The notes beneath the pieces were generated by a model. That model was not told the DNA's origin. It was given only the letters and a program-made list of their open reading frames with translations, and ran no database searches. A stretch of 64,000 nt of DNA from Octopus bimaculoides (Eukaryota), in contig NC_068987.1 in the NCBI RefSeq assembly GCF_001194135.2, forward strand, positions 28,136,625-28,200,624. The letters are read 5' to 3'. Shown one piece after another: positions 37,381-50,694 of the stretch. The stretch's first letter is position 1, and the number at the start of each line of letters is the position of its first letter. Made by a program: the position numbers and the translations under genes.

Positions 37381-39249
37381 AGAAATCAATTTGTTGGTTC
37401 GTTACAAATTTTGCTTAGCTCAGAATCAGATCAAATGAAACAGAACCTCGGTAAGACATTCCAGCAATAAAGTAACCTTCATGTATTTTTTTTGTCTAAT
37501 TTTAAAGAGGGTTTTATGTAATCTGGAGAAAATGTGGCAACTTTATTCTGCAGGTCAGATAACTGCATAATGTCATAGTGGCATAATAGCTACATCATAG
37601 TTTGAAATGTAAATATATGGTAAATTGCTCCAAAACGATGGACTTCTGTTTGGCAAAAGTGAGACGTCCTCCTAAGTTAATGTTCAATTTATTTTGACAA
37701 CATTCCAATGAAGAAGCTTACTAACCAGATGACCAAGAGTTATATCATTTGATGCTGACGGTCTTAACATAAGGCCTGATGATAAAGGATGTGATACACT
37801 AAGTTATGGCTATATTCTAGCATCTGAACGATATTCTGGTTGATTCGGTAATATAAATCTCTTGAGAATGATCCATCGTGAGGAAAACAGAGATAATGAC
37901 AAATATCTTAAGACGAAACCTGCAAATTGTCTCTGCTTACTTGTCAATAACTATTTAGTTCGGATGATTGATGTCGAATTTGCTTGAGAAAGTATATCTA
38001 TATTTCAGGCATGAAGCATGGAGTTTCCTTTATGAAACAAATGATGTTATAAGGATACATATTCCTTTTTTTTTTTAAATGTGTGCAATGCTACATGGTG
38101 TAAGTTGTATGAAAACGCTTAAGACCGAAACTTGTATATATAAGCAAATAGTTTGACAAAAACACAAACAAGAAAATGACATTGATTATAGTTCTGATTC
38201 TATGAATCATGGCCAAGTCATGCTTTAAGTGTCATTAATATTTGAAAAATGATCAGAAAAATATGGTATTAAAAATATTTTATTCTATTCTATCAAGCAT
38301 CTTTCATAGAACACAATATAAAAATATGCTCCAGAATGCTGTGTTATTGTATATTTAGATTTAATGCTGAGATGAATACAGGGCACACTTTTGACATGGA
38401 ATAAATTAAGGAAAAAATATGTTTCTAAAGTATTCGTATGTTAAGAAAAAATTGAGAAATATCATCACATTTACATCTATATGTATTTAGAAATTCCTGC
38501 ATCGTATCTATGAATGTCACTTTAACTTAGAAATCATAAAATAATGTTAGGCTTCCCTTTTGCTATTTCATATTATAGTGAAACATGCTAACCGAGTGAG
38601 ACATCCTTGACGTGGATGCTAGAAATGATAACCAAATCTTTCTCAACCTACACCATGTCATCATAAATTAATAAAGAAAAAAAAAGTATGTTGGACTTCT
38701 TAGTCTTAGATATATTATAGCAGAAAATAAAACTGGATATTCTTATGTATATCTAATTCCCGAACATAAAATTGCACGGTTGATAGGGACTAATCTGAGG
38801 CGAAACAAGAACAATAATCTATTTTATACCAAATTTTAATACCTTAAAATATTGAGCATAAACGTTGTCTAATATATAGTGCGTATGAAACAAAGAAAAG
38901 AAAAAGACAAAATAGGAAATAGAATGCTACAGGTGGAATAACTTATATCATAAGGGACTGCAGCATCAGGGTTTCTGCGGTACAACAACGATGGTGACAA
39001 ATCAAAATAAGTTATTTTTAGTTCATATTTAGAGGATGGAGAAAAAATATCACCATTCGTGCTATTCAATGAAACAAGGGGTAAATCTTTATTTTTGGTT
39101 TGCTTTATATTTTTCATCGTAATATATGCTAAATCTGATACATCCAGAAGAGAGTGTTACTTAAAATTATTTCGCCAAAAATATGAAGAAAGAACTTGCG
39201 GGATTTACACTGTCTTATATTCCTGAGTGAAATTCTTATTCCAATATTA

Positions 39250-39461
39250 ATTTTAAATTTTGGCACAAGGCTAACAATTTCGAGGAGGGAGTAATTCGAT
39301 TACATCGTTCCCAGTGCTTGACTAGAACTATCGACCCCGAAAAAAGGAAAGGCAAATTTGACTTCTGCAGAATCTGAACTCAGAACGTAAAGACGAACAA
39401 AATGCCGCTAAGCATTTTGCTCGGCATGCTAACGATTCTTCCTGTTTGCTACTGTGATTCA
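39250..39461 (-). mobile_element. SINE family A copy with 13-bp target-site duplication
   Basis: Full tail-core-head unit; TSD tattccaatatta at 39237-39249 and 39462-39474. Confidence 0.88.
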
Positions 39462-39487
39462 TATTCCAATATTAGTTGAATTTAAGA

Positions 39488-39620
39488 CTGTGAGCTAGTA
39501 GAATCGTTAGCACGCCTGGCAAAATGCTTAGCAGCGCCGAGGTCGACTTTGCCTTTCATCCTTCGTGGAGTCGACGCAATCGACTTGCCTGCACACCCGG
39601 AATTACTGGTCTTGAGGCAA
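39488..39620 (+). mobile_element. SINE family A copy, internally deleted, inverted relative to its neighbour
   Basis: 'gtgagctagtagaatcgttagcacgcctggcaaaatgcttagcagcgccgaggtcgactttgcctttcatcc'. Confidence 0.85.
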
Positions 39621-39859
39621 AACAAAATTAATTGCATCTCTTAATGTGACAAAATGAAAGGTTTAACCTTTTGTGATTACTGTCTGCTGCCTTCAGAAAT
39701 GTGGCTTTCACTCAAACATAACAGGGGTAAGGGAAGTGCCCACTTCAGGAATCGAAACTGTATCCTATACGCAGGGAGCTGGGACTTACAAATAACCATA
39801 AATTTTCATGTCATAAAAGTTGTTTCTACTGATTTGAAATTACAGAGACTGTTAGTCGA

Positions 39860-40460
39860 TACTATCGTCCTTAATACTTGATGTGGACCATATTTTACTG
39901 ATAACGGAAGGATAAATGTCAAGATTGAGCCCACTGGGATTCGAACTCAGAAAAAGAGTGATCTAGCTAAATACTGGAAGGCATTTTGTCCGACGTTCTA
40001 ACTAATCTGTCAGTCCATTATCCTGTTCCCTATTATAATAATTTCTAATTCAAGCATGATTCAGCAATGTCAGGGTAAGGATTAACTGATTTTATCTGTC
40101 CTCTGTACTTGAATGGTACTATAATTTTATCAGTCACACAAGCTGAGAGATGAACATAACTGACGAGATTTGAAACTCAGTGGTTAAGAGACAGAAGAGA
40201 CACGGCATAATATTTTGTTTGGTACTCTAACTATCCTGCCAACATATTGCCATTTTCATGACATGATGGTTGTTTTTAATTTAGGCACAAGTTCATTAGT
40301 TTTGATTGGGGATGGGGTTAGTCGGTTACATTGATCCAATCACTTGATCGGTACCTTTTTATCTCTCTTGAAAAGCACAGAAGGCATAACTGACCACAGC
40401 GAGTTTTGAACTCAGAATGTAAGATAGTTCGTTCGCCGCTTCAGTTATTCTGCTAAATAC
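39860..40460 (-). mobile_element. Three old, degenerate tandem SINE family A copies
   Basis: Repeated '(t)gaactcag' B-box remnants near 39945, 40175 and 40410, each preceded by core-like sequence. Confidence 0.6.
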
Positions 40461-40534
40461 GTCGGCTTTATTCATATTATGTTAATAAAATGAAGTAAAG
40501 TAACTTGAATAAATAATATTAACTGATACCAGCA

Positions 40535-40760
40535 ACGTTTAGATGTTTGTTGCTTAGCTCTCTATCCACCTCGATTGAACAAAGAGATGATCAAAGGCGT
40601 TCAATAATTGAGCATTCTGTCATTGTGTAAGGTTATAATGTATCTCGAATTTTATTATACAATGTGACCCATTCACATTAACACGATAGTGTGTAATTTG
40701 AGGGCTATATGGCCGCAATTTTGTTCAGGTCGAAGTACTACGTAGATGTTGTCCCTCGTC
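40535..40760 (+). repeat. Family D repeat
   Basis: 'ttgcttagctc...gatgatcaaaggcgttc...gatagtgtgtaatttgagggctatatggccgcaattttgttcaggtcga'. Confidence 0.5.
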
Positions 40761-42374
40761 AGTGCTTAGAAGTTATGATACTTAGAAAATACTTATATCG
40801 GAAAGATGAATCGATGTAAATAAATGATATTAATATAAAGAAAAAGGAATTATAATAAACAATGGAAAACATAAAAAAAAACAATATACTATCTTAATGT
40901 GGTATTTAGGTTGTTGTTTTCATCTAAGTTATTTTCAACTATACAAACGACAAAAGATTTTCTGATCATGTCGTACATTAATACAATCTTATATTTCCTA
41001 AACTATTAGAAAACAAATGTAATTGTGATAAAAAGAATCGTTTTCTTTTTTCTTTTACAAATTGTCTATATTACTTAATAAATGGAAGTTTTATTTCATT
41101 AAATTATTAAATTTCTCGATCTTTAACTCATTCATCCGTTAAACCTCAAACATTATAAATCTTTATTTGATTTTAGTCTTCCTTTTATCAACTTAGCAAG
41201 TTGTCAGCCATAATCTTTAAATCACATATTAGACTTGGTAGAAAAGGCTAGACACGCTATTATTTTTTCCTTTATTTCTCCCATTTTAACAATATTCTTA
41301 AAAGAAAACAATGAATTTAAAATATAACAGATAATGTTACTGATTATTAATCAAAGAATGAATAATCAAATAATGCACGGCATTTAAAGATGGTTGTGTT
41401 AGGACAATATATCAGTTTATGCAAGGTCATTATCAACTTTTTTTTTACTGACTAGAAATCAAAACTAAAGCCACAAGAACATGATTTTAAAATGAAGGTA
41501 GCTGCTGTATTCACTGACCGATCGATATCAGAGGTTAATGAATAACAAATATTAATCTATTTTTGTTTTGTTTCAAAAAAGAACACGCAAGCGCAAATTT
41601 TGTTTCTTTGTTTATTCATTATAAAAGGGGCGAACAGGACAAAATCGCTAGAGATCACAAGAGAAAGGAAAAGGTCTGGCTAAATATGCATTCAATTATT
41701 TGATTAAGTTGAAAATAACCATCTAAAGATATTTTCATCAAGTATGAAAAGATTAAACTAATAATTGAATACAACGGGAATGTAGAATGTAATAATAAAT
41801 TTAATTTCAATTTGCAAATCCTAAATACATATTTTTAGCAATATACACTTTAAAATGCTGTTGTTGACTTAGCAGAATCGGTAGTGACAGACAAAATGAA
41901 TTTTGGATTGCAGAATTGGTAACCGTTGGAATAATCAGTAGAACGACAGACACATGCATTATGGCATTTATTTGCAGATCTTTACTTCCTTAGTTCAAAT
42001 CCCATCAAAGCCGACTTTCACATCAGTTGAATATTTCGGTCGATCTATTTGGTTATATCATTACCTAAAATATGTAGTTTGTGCCTAAATACCAGTCAGC
42101 ACTATTCATTGTATAACAGTAATATTACCAATGACAGTTATCATCTTTATTACGTTGAGCATGAATGCTATAAAATAATATAGTAACTTTCTTTGACCAG
42201 GTATAAAGAATTTTCTTTTAAAGATAGGGACATATGAAGAGCTCCTAAGAGTTTCAGTGAAGTAGTAGTGGACTTGAACTGTGCTCTCTTGGCGAAGTGT
42301 TGAAATATTAGAAATCAGTATTGATACAATACATTCTTCCCTTACAATGAATAACTGCCGATTGCAGTTTAGTC

Positions 42375-42515
42375 TCTGGTCATCTCTAATTGATGTTTCA
42401 ATGGTGTTTCAACAAAGACCAATCTGTTCCATCCTTCGGGAATAATATGTCCTATGAGAGTAGGGTGTGATTTCAGGGCTATTTGGCTACTATTTCTAGC
42501 AGGTCAAATAATTGT
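42375..42515 (+). repeat. Family D repeat
   Basis: 'gagtagggtgtgatttcagggctatttggctactatttctagcaggtcaa'. Confidence 0.6.
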
Positions 42516-43730
42516 TGAAGAAAATACCTTTCACAATTTGGCCATCTCTCCCTTTTGAGATCAAATCACACTGAAATCGTTTTTTAGTACAGTAATTCAC
42601 ATTGTATGTAAACTAAGAGTTGGTATTGTGTTAGGAACAATTAAATCGGCTAAATATGTGGTCTTGCTTTATAATTAGAAATGAATGGATTATTATCTAA
42701 AACAGAAATCCAGATTACTTGCATTGCATTATTTAGTCTAGTCCCTCTAAGTTCCTAGCTGAATGTTTTAACTGTTAAATTTGTATTGACTTCCACAAAT
42801 TCAAAGTTGTTTTCCGACCGCAGCTCGATCCTGATTAAGCAGGTATTGAGCAAACTTTGTGGAAGTCAAATTTCAAAGACACACAGTCCCAAAGCATTTA
42901 GTTTTTCCTTCCGACGTAGTGCAGCTAAGACCATATTATTCAAGGTATGTTTTTTCTGTTATGACAGTAAAGCGTGAAATATTACCGTGTCGATAAAATA
43001 GGCTCCTTGAAAGTATGTGGAGTTCAATCCCTTATACTACTTCTATTTCCATGTGTACGATTTCGTGTTAATGTACAACATCAATGTTAAAATTGTGTGC
43101 TGGAGGTGTTGTTCTTTCTCAGTCACGTGGTTCTATGTTCAATTCTACTGCTGGGAAACTTGGGCAAATGTATGTATGCATGTATATAATATATCATTAC
43201 ACACACACACGCACACACGTATTTATATACATCATTATTTCAGTGACAGTTCTAATAACATTGAGCTTCTCTATGAGGCTTGTGCTTAACTCTTCTGCAT
43301 TTCGGAAGAATATATACAACATATGTATTGCAAATTTTACAAATAGGTAGTTGATTCACACTGTCGCCTCTGAGCCTAATGTGTAAGTTTTTGTTTTATT
43401 TTTGATTTCAGTTAGCTATTAAATAAGTTTGAGGAAATGTTTGAGGAAGCGCTAGCTTATTTAGCTTGAGGTATTGACAACTGTTTCCGATAGCAAGTAT
43501 AAACTTAGTTATTTAGAAATAAAACTTGCTTTAATAACCTGACAACGCAGATTTGTCCTATGTTTAAGAATTCTATTTCATAATTATTCGGTACCATTGC
43601 ATGACATATTAGACAATTTGTCGAAAGTTATATTCTTCAGCTGAGCAAAACGCAGTGGATGAAAAAATTCAGCTAGTAGATGCGCAAAGCACCAGTAGAT
43701 TTTCTTTAACCACTGTTTAGTTTCTTATAG

Positions 43731-44108
43731 GTGGAAGTGCAATGGCCCAGTGTTTATTGCAGCGGACTCGCGGTCATAGGATCGCGGTTTCGATTCCCAA
43801 ACCGGGCGTTGTGAGTGTTTATTGAGCGAAAACATCTAAGGCTCCACAAGGCTCCGGCAGGGGTTGGTGGCGAACCCTTTCACCACAACTTTCTCTCACT
43901 CTTACATCCTGTTTCTGTTATGCCTGTAATTCAAAGGGTCAGCCTTGTCACACTGCGTCACGCTGTATCTCCCTGAGAACTACGTTAAGGGTACACGTGT
44001 CTGTGGAGTGCTCAGCCACTTGCACGTTAATTTCACGAGCAGGCTGTTCCGTTGATTGGATCAACTGGAACCCTCGACGTCGTAAGCGACGGAGTGCCAA
44101 CAACAAAC
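43731..44108 (+). mobile_element. Young full-length tRNA-derived SINE (family C) with perfect 12-bp TSD
   Basis: A-box-like tggcccagtg and B-box ggtttcgattccc; CpG-rich body; (caa)n tail; TSD agtttcttatag at 43719-43730 and 44109-44120. Confidence 0.92.
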
Positions 44109-45009
44109 AGTTTCTTATAGATTCAACCAGGTTTAACTCCACCGGTAGAATCTTGATTAACTGATGTGCTGCTTCCTACTGTAGTACACTCTGTGTCATG
44201 TTTACCTCGATCCCTTCCGCTGCAAAAAAATGCTTATAACTAATCATATTGTCATCTTCATAGTGTTCATGCAATGCAGTTAATGTAATGCCATAGCATA
44301 TTTGTGAATGTTTTATATGTTCCTTGTTACTCTGTCAAGTAAGCACGAACCCTATAATTTCTAGAATAGTAAGTATTTGAAATGTAAGTGAAAATATTTT
44401 TGATTTCCAATAGAAAATAGAAATAAAAACCTTGACTGTTCCGGTATTGCATAATGTTTATAGTCAATTTGACAAATATTTTACCAGTTTCGAACCGTGT
44501 AATACATGTGACTATTGCTCAGTGTCCATGAAATTAATGTATTTTTCAGGATAGTTGTCCATTTGAAGGATACAATTTGCATAACATCAACTGAACAGGG
44601 GTTTCGATAACTATATCGCTACAGTCATTCTACTAAATAGTGTAATTGACTTTCAGATTTTCTCTTGATGACTCCATTAACAAATTATTTGAAAGAAAAT
44701 AATTTGCTGTAGACAAGTTTGTGATTACATTTCACTAATAAACTAAACATCTAATATGACTTGTTGCTCATATCAGTATAAACTTCCATTAGCTTCACTA
44801 CATAAACTAATGAAATTGCTAATTAGACTGATGAAACTAGTAGCAACGCTAATGAAGAATATTGTATATATGGATTGCAAATGAACAAAAGACCATTAGA
44901 TATAGGCCGTAGCTAGATTATGCGAAATTGAGACGTTAGAAAGTCGATTGGAATAAAGTTTGGTATGCATTACGCATATATTAATATGATTAAAATTTAC
45001 GTAACATCA

Positions 45010-45850
45010 GTTTCAAATTTTGGCACAAAGCCAGCAATGTCGGGTGAGGGATAAGTCGATTACATCAACCCCCATGTTCAAATGGAACTTATATTAATCG
45101 CTCCCGAAAAGATGAAAGGCAAAGTCGACCTTGGTAGAATTTTGACTCAGAACGTAAAAACGTACAAAATGCCGCTAAGTATTTTGCACAGCATGTTAAA
45201 GATACTGCCGCCTTAAAATTACGTAACATAAATCATCTATAGAAAGTAGGTAAGCAAGATATATATAGTATTTGCACACTGAAAGTAAATGAAATGAATG
45301 CTTCTAATATAGGCACAGCATCAGAAATTTGAAGGAAGGATATAATAGAGCGAACTGATCCAAGTAGAAGAATGTTACTTTATTTTAAGGATCTCGGAAG
45401 CATAACAGACAAAGATAACTTCGTTTGTGATTTGAAGCCAGAATGTAAAAAAATAGAACAAACGCCGCAAGGCACTCTGATGATCCGAGTAATTCATCAC
45501 TCTAAAATTATTTTGAAGGCATGATGGAATCGAAACCATATCCATTTTTTCAGTTTCCTCTTTCTACTGTTATTATTTAACTATTGAAAAGAATATTATT
45601 TGTCATAATATGACAAACTGCAATTAAGTGAAATACTGAAATTGTTTCTAATTTAGACACAAGAAAGGAAATTTGACGGAAGAGATTATTTGATACTATG
45701 AACACCATTATTTGACAGGTAGAGTACATTATAGACAGCAGAGGGTTGAATGGCAAAGTTGACCTCAGTGGGGTTTAAAACGAGAACGTAAACATTTGTA
45801 ACTAAATACTACAAAGCATATTGCTCACCAGTTTGACTTAATGTACCACC
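45010..45850 (-). mobile_element. Three tandem SINE family A copies of increasing decay
   Basis: The 45010-45215 copy is near consensus ('gatgaaaggcaaagtcgaccttggtagaattttgactcagaacg'); weaker copies lie at about 45300-45500 and 45645-45850. Confidence 0.7.
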
Positions 45851-48800
45851 CTTAATTCTAATTCATCACCATTTACTAATCCATGATTCTTCTTATAACT
45901 GCATCTGATCAATCTCTCAGGAAATATAAATTGTCAACAATGAAACAAGAATAAAACACGAATTATTAATCTAATACTAGATCGTGTATTTTAGGAGAAT
46001 CGAAGTTGTGACATTCTTTGAATCTGTAGTTACAGCTGCCTTTAAACAAAAATTGAAACCAAGTCTTAGTTGTGACTAGTTAGAAACACTTTCACTCGTC
46101 CATCGCTGATCGCCAATATACCATTATATTCTAGTTTATTTTCACGAGACTCGCAAGTTATAGTCTTTAGGCAATAAAAAAGGGTAAAATATGATGTTCA
46201 GACCTTATTGAAAGTCACTATCGTCAAAAATAAAATATCTAGAGCCAAGAATGGAATTATAACCTCCCTCATTACAACAGAACTTTATAACAGCACATGA
46301 CCACAAACTTTCAGCTGAGTGCCACAATCGATTGAATATATCGTAGTACACTACTGGTACTTAGTACATCTTATGCAAATCGAATCTGAATTTGGCAGAA
46401 CTTCAAAATAAGATGAAAAAGGATACATCTAAATAATGCTGCAAAATATTCAGCTCCGTATTTTATCATTTATCACACTTCCCGCAATCAAATGGTTAAA
46501 GGTTTTTTTTAAAAAGAAAATCATGTTTTAGTATAGTCGTTTAATGCATTTCTTTTAACAATTTAACTGTGTTTCTTTTAGTATCACTGTTCTTCTTTGA
46601 AATAATGGTTACACAATTGTTAGAAGCAAACTGTGACATTTCAAGGACAGTTTTGGTGACAGTTCTACATATGTAGCTTTTAGATTTATCATTGTTTAGT
46701 AGAAGTCGAAAAAGCTATTTTCTTCACATCTGAGCACTTTAGAAACATTCTACAGCAACTAGTTTGTTAAATCTGGGAGGATAAATGAAATAAATCGATA
46801 AGATAACATCTTATAAATACCCATTTCTAAAGTGCATTTTTCGATAATAGAAGACATCTTGAAAAGCTTTATTGCTAGATGTAAGTTGAAAAGATTCTGT
46901 TATAATTTTATATTCGATCAGGTGAAACATTTTCAGTTACGAAAGGATGCTCAATCAAAGTATCAGGTGGATTTCGATTATAGAACCAACGAGTAATAAT
47001 TCGTTATGAATCCACTTCTGAGAAAATTGAAGGTATATTCAATATTTTATTGAATAACTTAGAAATATAGATTGCTATCTGCTTCTTCTATTTGAATTAA
47101 CAACTGTGTATGTGAAGGGAATATATCATTTGTTGATAGATAAAGCCATACATGGATAGATGGAATGATGTAGAAAAACTATATCGATCACACAACTGAA
47201 CAATTTTCAGACAAATTAAAACATCATTTGCTTCAGCTTAAGTTTAAAAAAATAGCACATGATGAGAAATTACTTGTGGCGATATATCCCCAAAATAGTA
47301 GGAAATGGACGGACGAAAAATTTTCAAGGAGGTTTCATTAGTTTCCTTTAGAAATATGATTGAAACAGAGTGACAAATTTTGTAAATGTAAAAGGCGAAG
47401 CCATTAACGACAGAGCAAAGATAATTGAATGCATTGGCAAGTTAAATCATATAGAAGGCGAAATGGGATTTTTTTTCTTTTTTTGTGCCTACTGTTTGCT
47501 GATTTTGTCTTAGTGCATTTCAAACAGATAAATGCTGAAGCATTAGCGTCAGCAGCAACAACAGCACCAATAATCACAACAGCAACAGTAACAAGAAAGT
47601 TAGACTTGAGGATATAGTGAACCGCTTAGTTATAATAGGAAGTTTGAGTTCTGAAGTTATAGGCGTCACAATATATAGGCATAAGTAAATCGCGTTCCTT
47701 TATATAATTTGAATGAAAAGATTTTTAGAAATAATGCAGTTGTTTTTCAGTACATTTTTTTGACCAGAAAAACAGAGAAAGACTTACAACACCATATTAT
47801 ATATGCCCTCGATTGTATTTTAGTACTGTTAACTGGAATGGATACAACTAGCAGCGATAAATACGATTGTATGGAGGAAAACAGATAAAAAAAATTCTCA
47901 AGAATTTTTCATTAAAATACGATAACGGTTACTGATAGAATATATACAAAACTTAAAATATTAAAAGGTTACACATCCTTAGATCTATGTAAACGTTTAA
48001 TCTACACTTAGTACATATGTTTGCTTTGCCTTTCCAGCATGAGTATCACATTCACAGTTATATTAAATTTTGTTGGGAATGTTTTCTAATTGACATCCTT
48101 TCCTCGCGAATTCTAAGAATTATACTAATTTATTGAGAGTTAGCCCAGTTAAAAAACAAAAACTAAAAAAAAAAAACATTATGGATGTTATCTAACCACA
48201 ATTACTAATTGATTCACAGAGAAATGTTAATGTTTAGGCTCTAAACTTCAAAATATTCTACTATATGATCCTTATATTTTTTATTTTAATATGAAAATGT
48301 GCAAAGTACTATATCATTGAGGTGAAACTTTTCTCATGTAATTTGAAACATTTCAGTGAGCTTCATGGGGGAAATTAACTTTCTCTGTTCATGAATAATT
48401 TTCTATAAAATAATTTATATTGTATTATGGTTGATACAAAGTAACATACATTTTCCATACAAATATTTGCCTTACATCTAATATTAAAGAATCTATATTT
48501 AACCATCCTAAGCACAAAGAGAGAACATGTCTAAGAAAAATAAATCTCCGTCAGTTTCGAAGATAAGTATTAAAATTGTTCGATCAACAAGAAGGCTTAC
48601 CCGTTCCGTTAGCGTATAGCTGGTTGTAATATTCCTCATTTATGTGTACTGTTAACGTAAATTTTTGGGAAGATCTGTGTGAGTACTAGTGTGTTTGATA
48701 AGGCTGGCATTTTGAATAACTGCTATAATCTGGCTTACAGCTTTCAAAACTATGTTTCTCTATCCAATTTCTTTTAAAACTCTTGGGGCGATCCAGTGCT

Positions 48801-49692
48801 ATGGTAAAAGCAACAAACCCAAGAAGCAATGCAGTGAGGTCGAACTAAAGATCTCTAGTCTGAGAAGTAAGCCTGTTAACCATCCTATCTTGCCACGTCA
48901 AAGTGATTGCGTTAATATAATATTTGGTGGCAGGTCCAAAACAGTATCAGATACTAGGTCACTTACAGCAGTTAATATATGCTTGTATAATGCTGGATAG
49001 AATCCTTGAGCAAGACATTCAACTCTTAAGAAATGCGTCGAACATCACGTTGACTTATTCAGTTGTTACACCTATGAAAGTGTGGTTATAGTAAAAGTTA
49101 TCCCACCACAACTACTATAGAACCCTCACGTAATAACTGAAAAGTAGCTAAAAGAGATATTGTAGTAAACCCCGACTTCAAATAGAGAGGAGTTACAATT
49201 TCTCATAGAATATTAAGAAATTAGCGATGAATGGGCTTTATGTATGATATTATCAAAATCTAAAACAGCAGAATTTAAAATCAAAAAGAATGATAATAAT
49301 AATAGGAACAATAGTGAGACAGGTGCTAAAATATCAATCACAACTATAGCCATGTCAGGAAGAGATAGTGTTCAGAAATGCATAACTCAACAAAGTGAAG
49401 GCAAGGGAGACAATTCGTATGACAGCATTGTGTTCAATTAATTTTTCGATTAATACAATGACATTGAGTTATCTGTTTGGTTATGATTTCTACCACTAAT
49501 TGAATCGTCACAAGTAGAGCATCATAAATTTTACAAAATTATTCGTACATTGCTTGAATACATAGAAATTGGACATCTCATTTGAATCAATTCAATCACA
49601 ACAAACAGCATTTGCTAGGCACACATACGACATTAGAGAGATTTTTAACGTTTATACACCGTATTGCAAACTCATATATGTACATATATGTC

Positions 49693-49724
<32 letters not shown>

Positions 49725-50002
49725 GATTTATATTAAAAATTGAATATGGTACTTATGTTTAGGCACCAGAGTATAGTATGGTATTATCCAAAACCATTCT
49801 AAAATCAAGGTGATAAAAAAACTCAAATAAGCAACACGTGTTTTAAAGATGATTGCAGTACGCACGTTTCACGTTTCATGCTGCTCTATTTATTTAAGTA
49901 ATGCGAGCATTACATTAAATGCAATATGTAGAGCAATGTTCACAAAAATGTAGAAAATTACAGTAGAATAGACATATATATATATATAATTACAGTAGAA
50001 TA

Positions 50003-50045
<43 letters not shown>

Positions 50046-50047
<2 letters not shown>

Positions 50048-50250
50048 TGGCCTCGAATCTCATTTGCAGACCCATGAAAAACGAACTTCCTTTAACTACT
50101 CCGCCTATCTCTCTCTGCATGTCTGTCAATGTCGTATATGCCACAAATCTAACGGAGGCTTCAAAAGACATATTAAGATCCACAATGATCAGAACTTAAC
50201 TGCAGCACTTGGTAGTCCAATGCAAGATATGCAGTTTATGTGGGTGTCTT
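50046..50250 (+). mobile_element. Decayed C2H2-type zinc-finger fragment, probably the C-terminus of an RTE-like LINE
   Basis: AGLESHLQTHEK...CQCRICHKSNGGFKRHIKIH matches (A)GL.SH..TH and C..C.K...GG.KRH.KIH finger patterns. No splice sites; abuts (TA)n. The RTE assignment comes from family knowledge, not a search. Confidence 0.55.
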
Positions 50251-50254
50251 TTCT

Positions 50255-50545
50255 AAAGAGCCGGTTTCTAAACATTGGAATTTCATTAACATCAACAGGG
50301 CATTTTTGTATGTCTGTATGTATGTTTATGCTTATGTATATACTTAAATGATACACTTCAGGAAAGTTTTACAGGTTTTTACAATTTCAGTGATGGATCT
50401 ATATTCTTCCAATTAGCTTTCTCCTTTCTGGTTTGAAAAGCTTAATTTCTCAAGATTTGTATTTAGACAGCGTGTTACATATCCTAGTGCTCCAATAATT
50501 ACAGGTATAAACCTGAACTTGTATTCTGAAGAGAGTAGCTGCATG
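50255..50545 (-). mobile_element. Dong/R4-type non-LTR retrotransposon 3' end (endonuclease C-terminus plus 3' UTR)
   Basis: The minus strand reads EYKFRFIPVIIGALGYVTRCLNTNLEKLSFS, then PERRKLIGRI and SITEIVKTCKTF after frameshifts. The P(V/I)IIGALG motif matches copy B at 22 kb. Confidence 0.8.
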
Positions 50546-50663
50546 TATGTATAGGTGTAATTATATATGTGCGTGTAAATATGAAAAATGTATATCTTCA
50601 TGGTGAAATGTATAGATTCCAACTTATGTATATTTACAACTTAATTGCACACTCACGCACATA

Positions 50664-50694
<31 letters not shown>

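Noticed and set aside
43731-43810. tRNA-like sequence
   Set aside because: A and B boxes are present but it continues into a SINE body with tail and TSD; not a tRNA gene.
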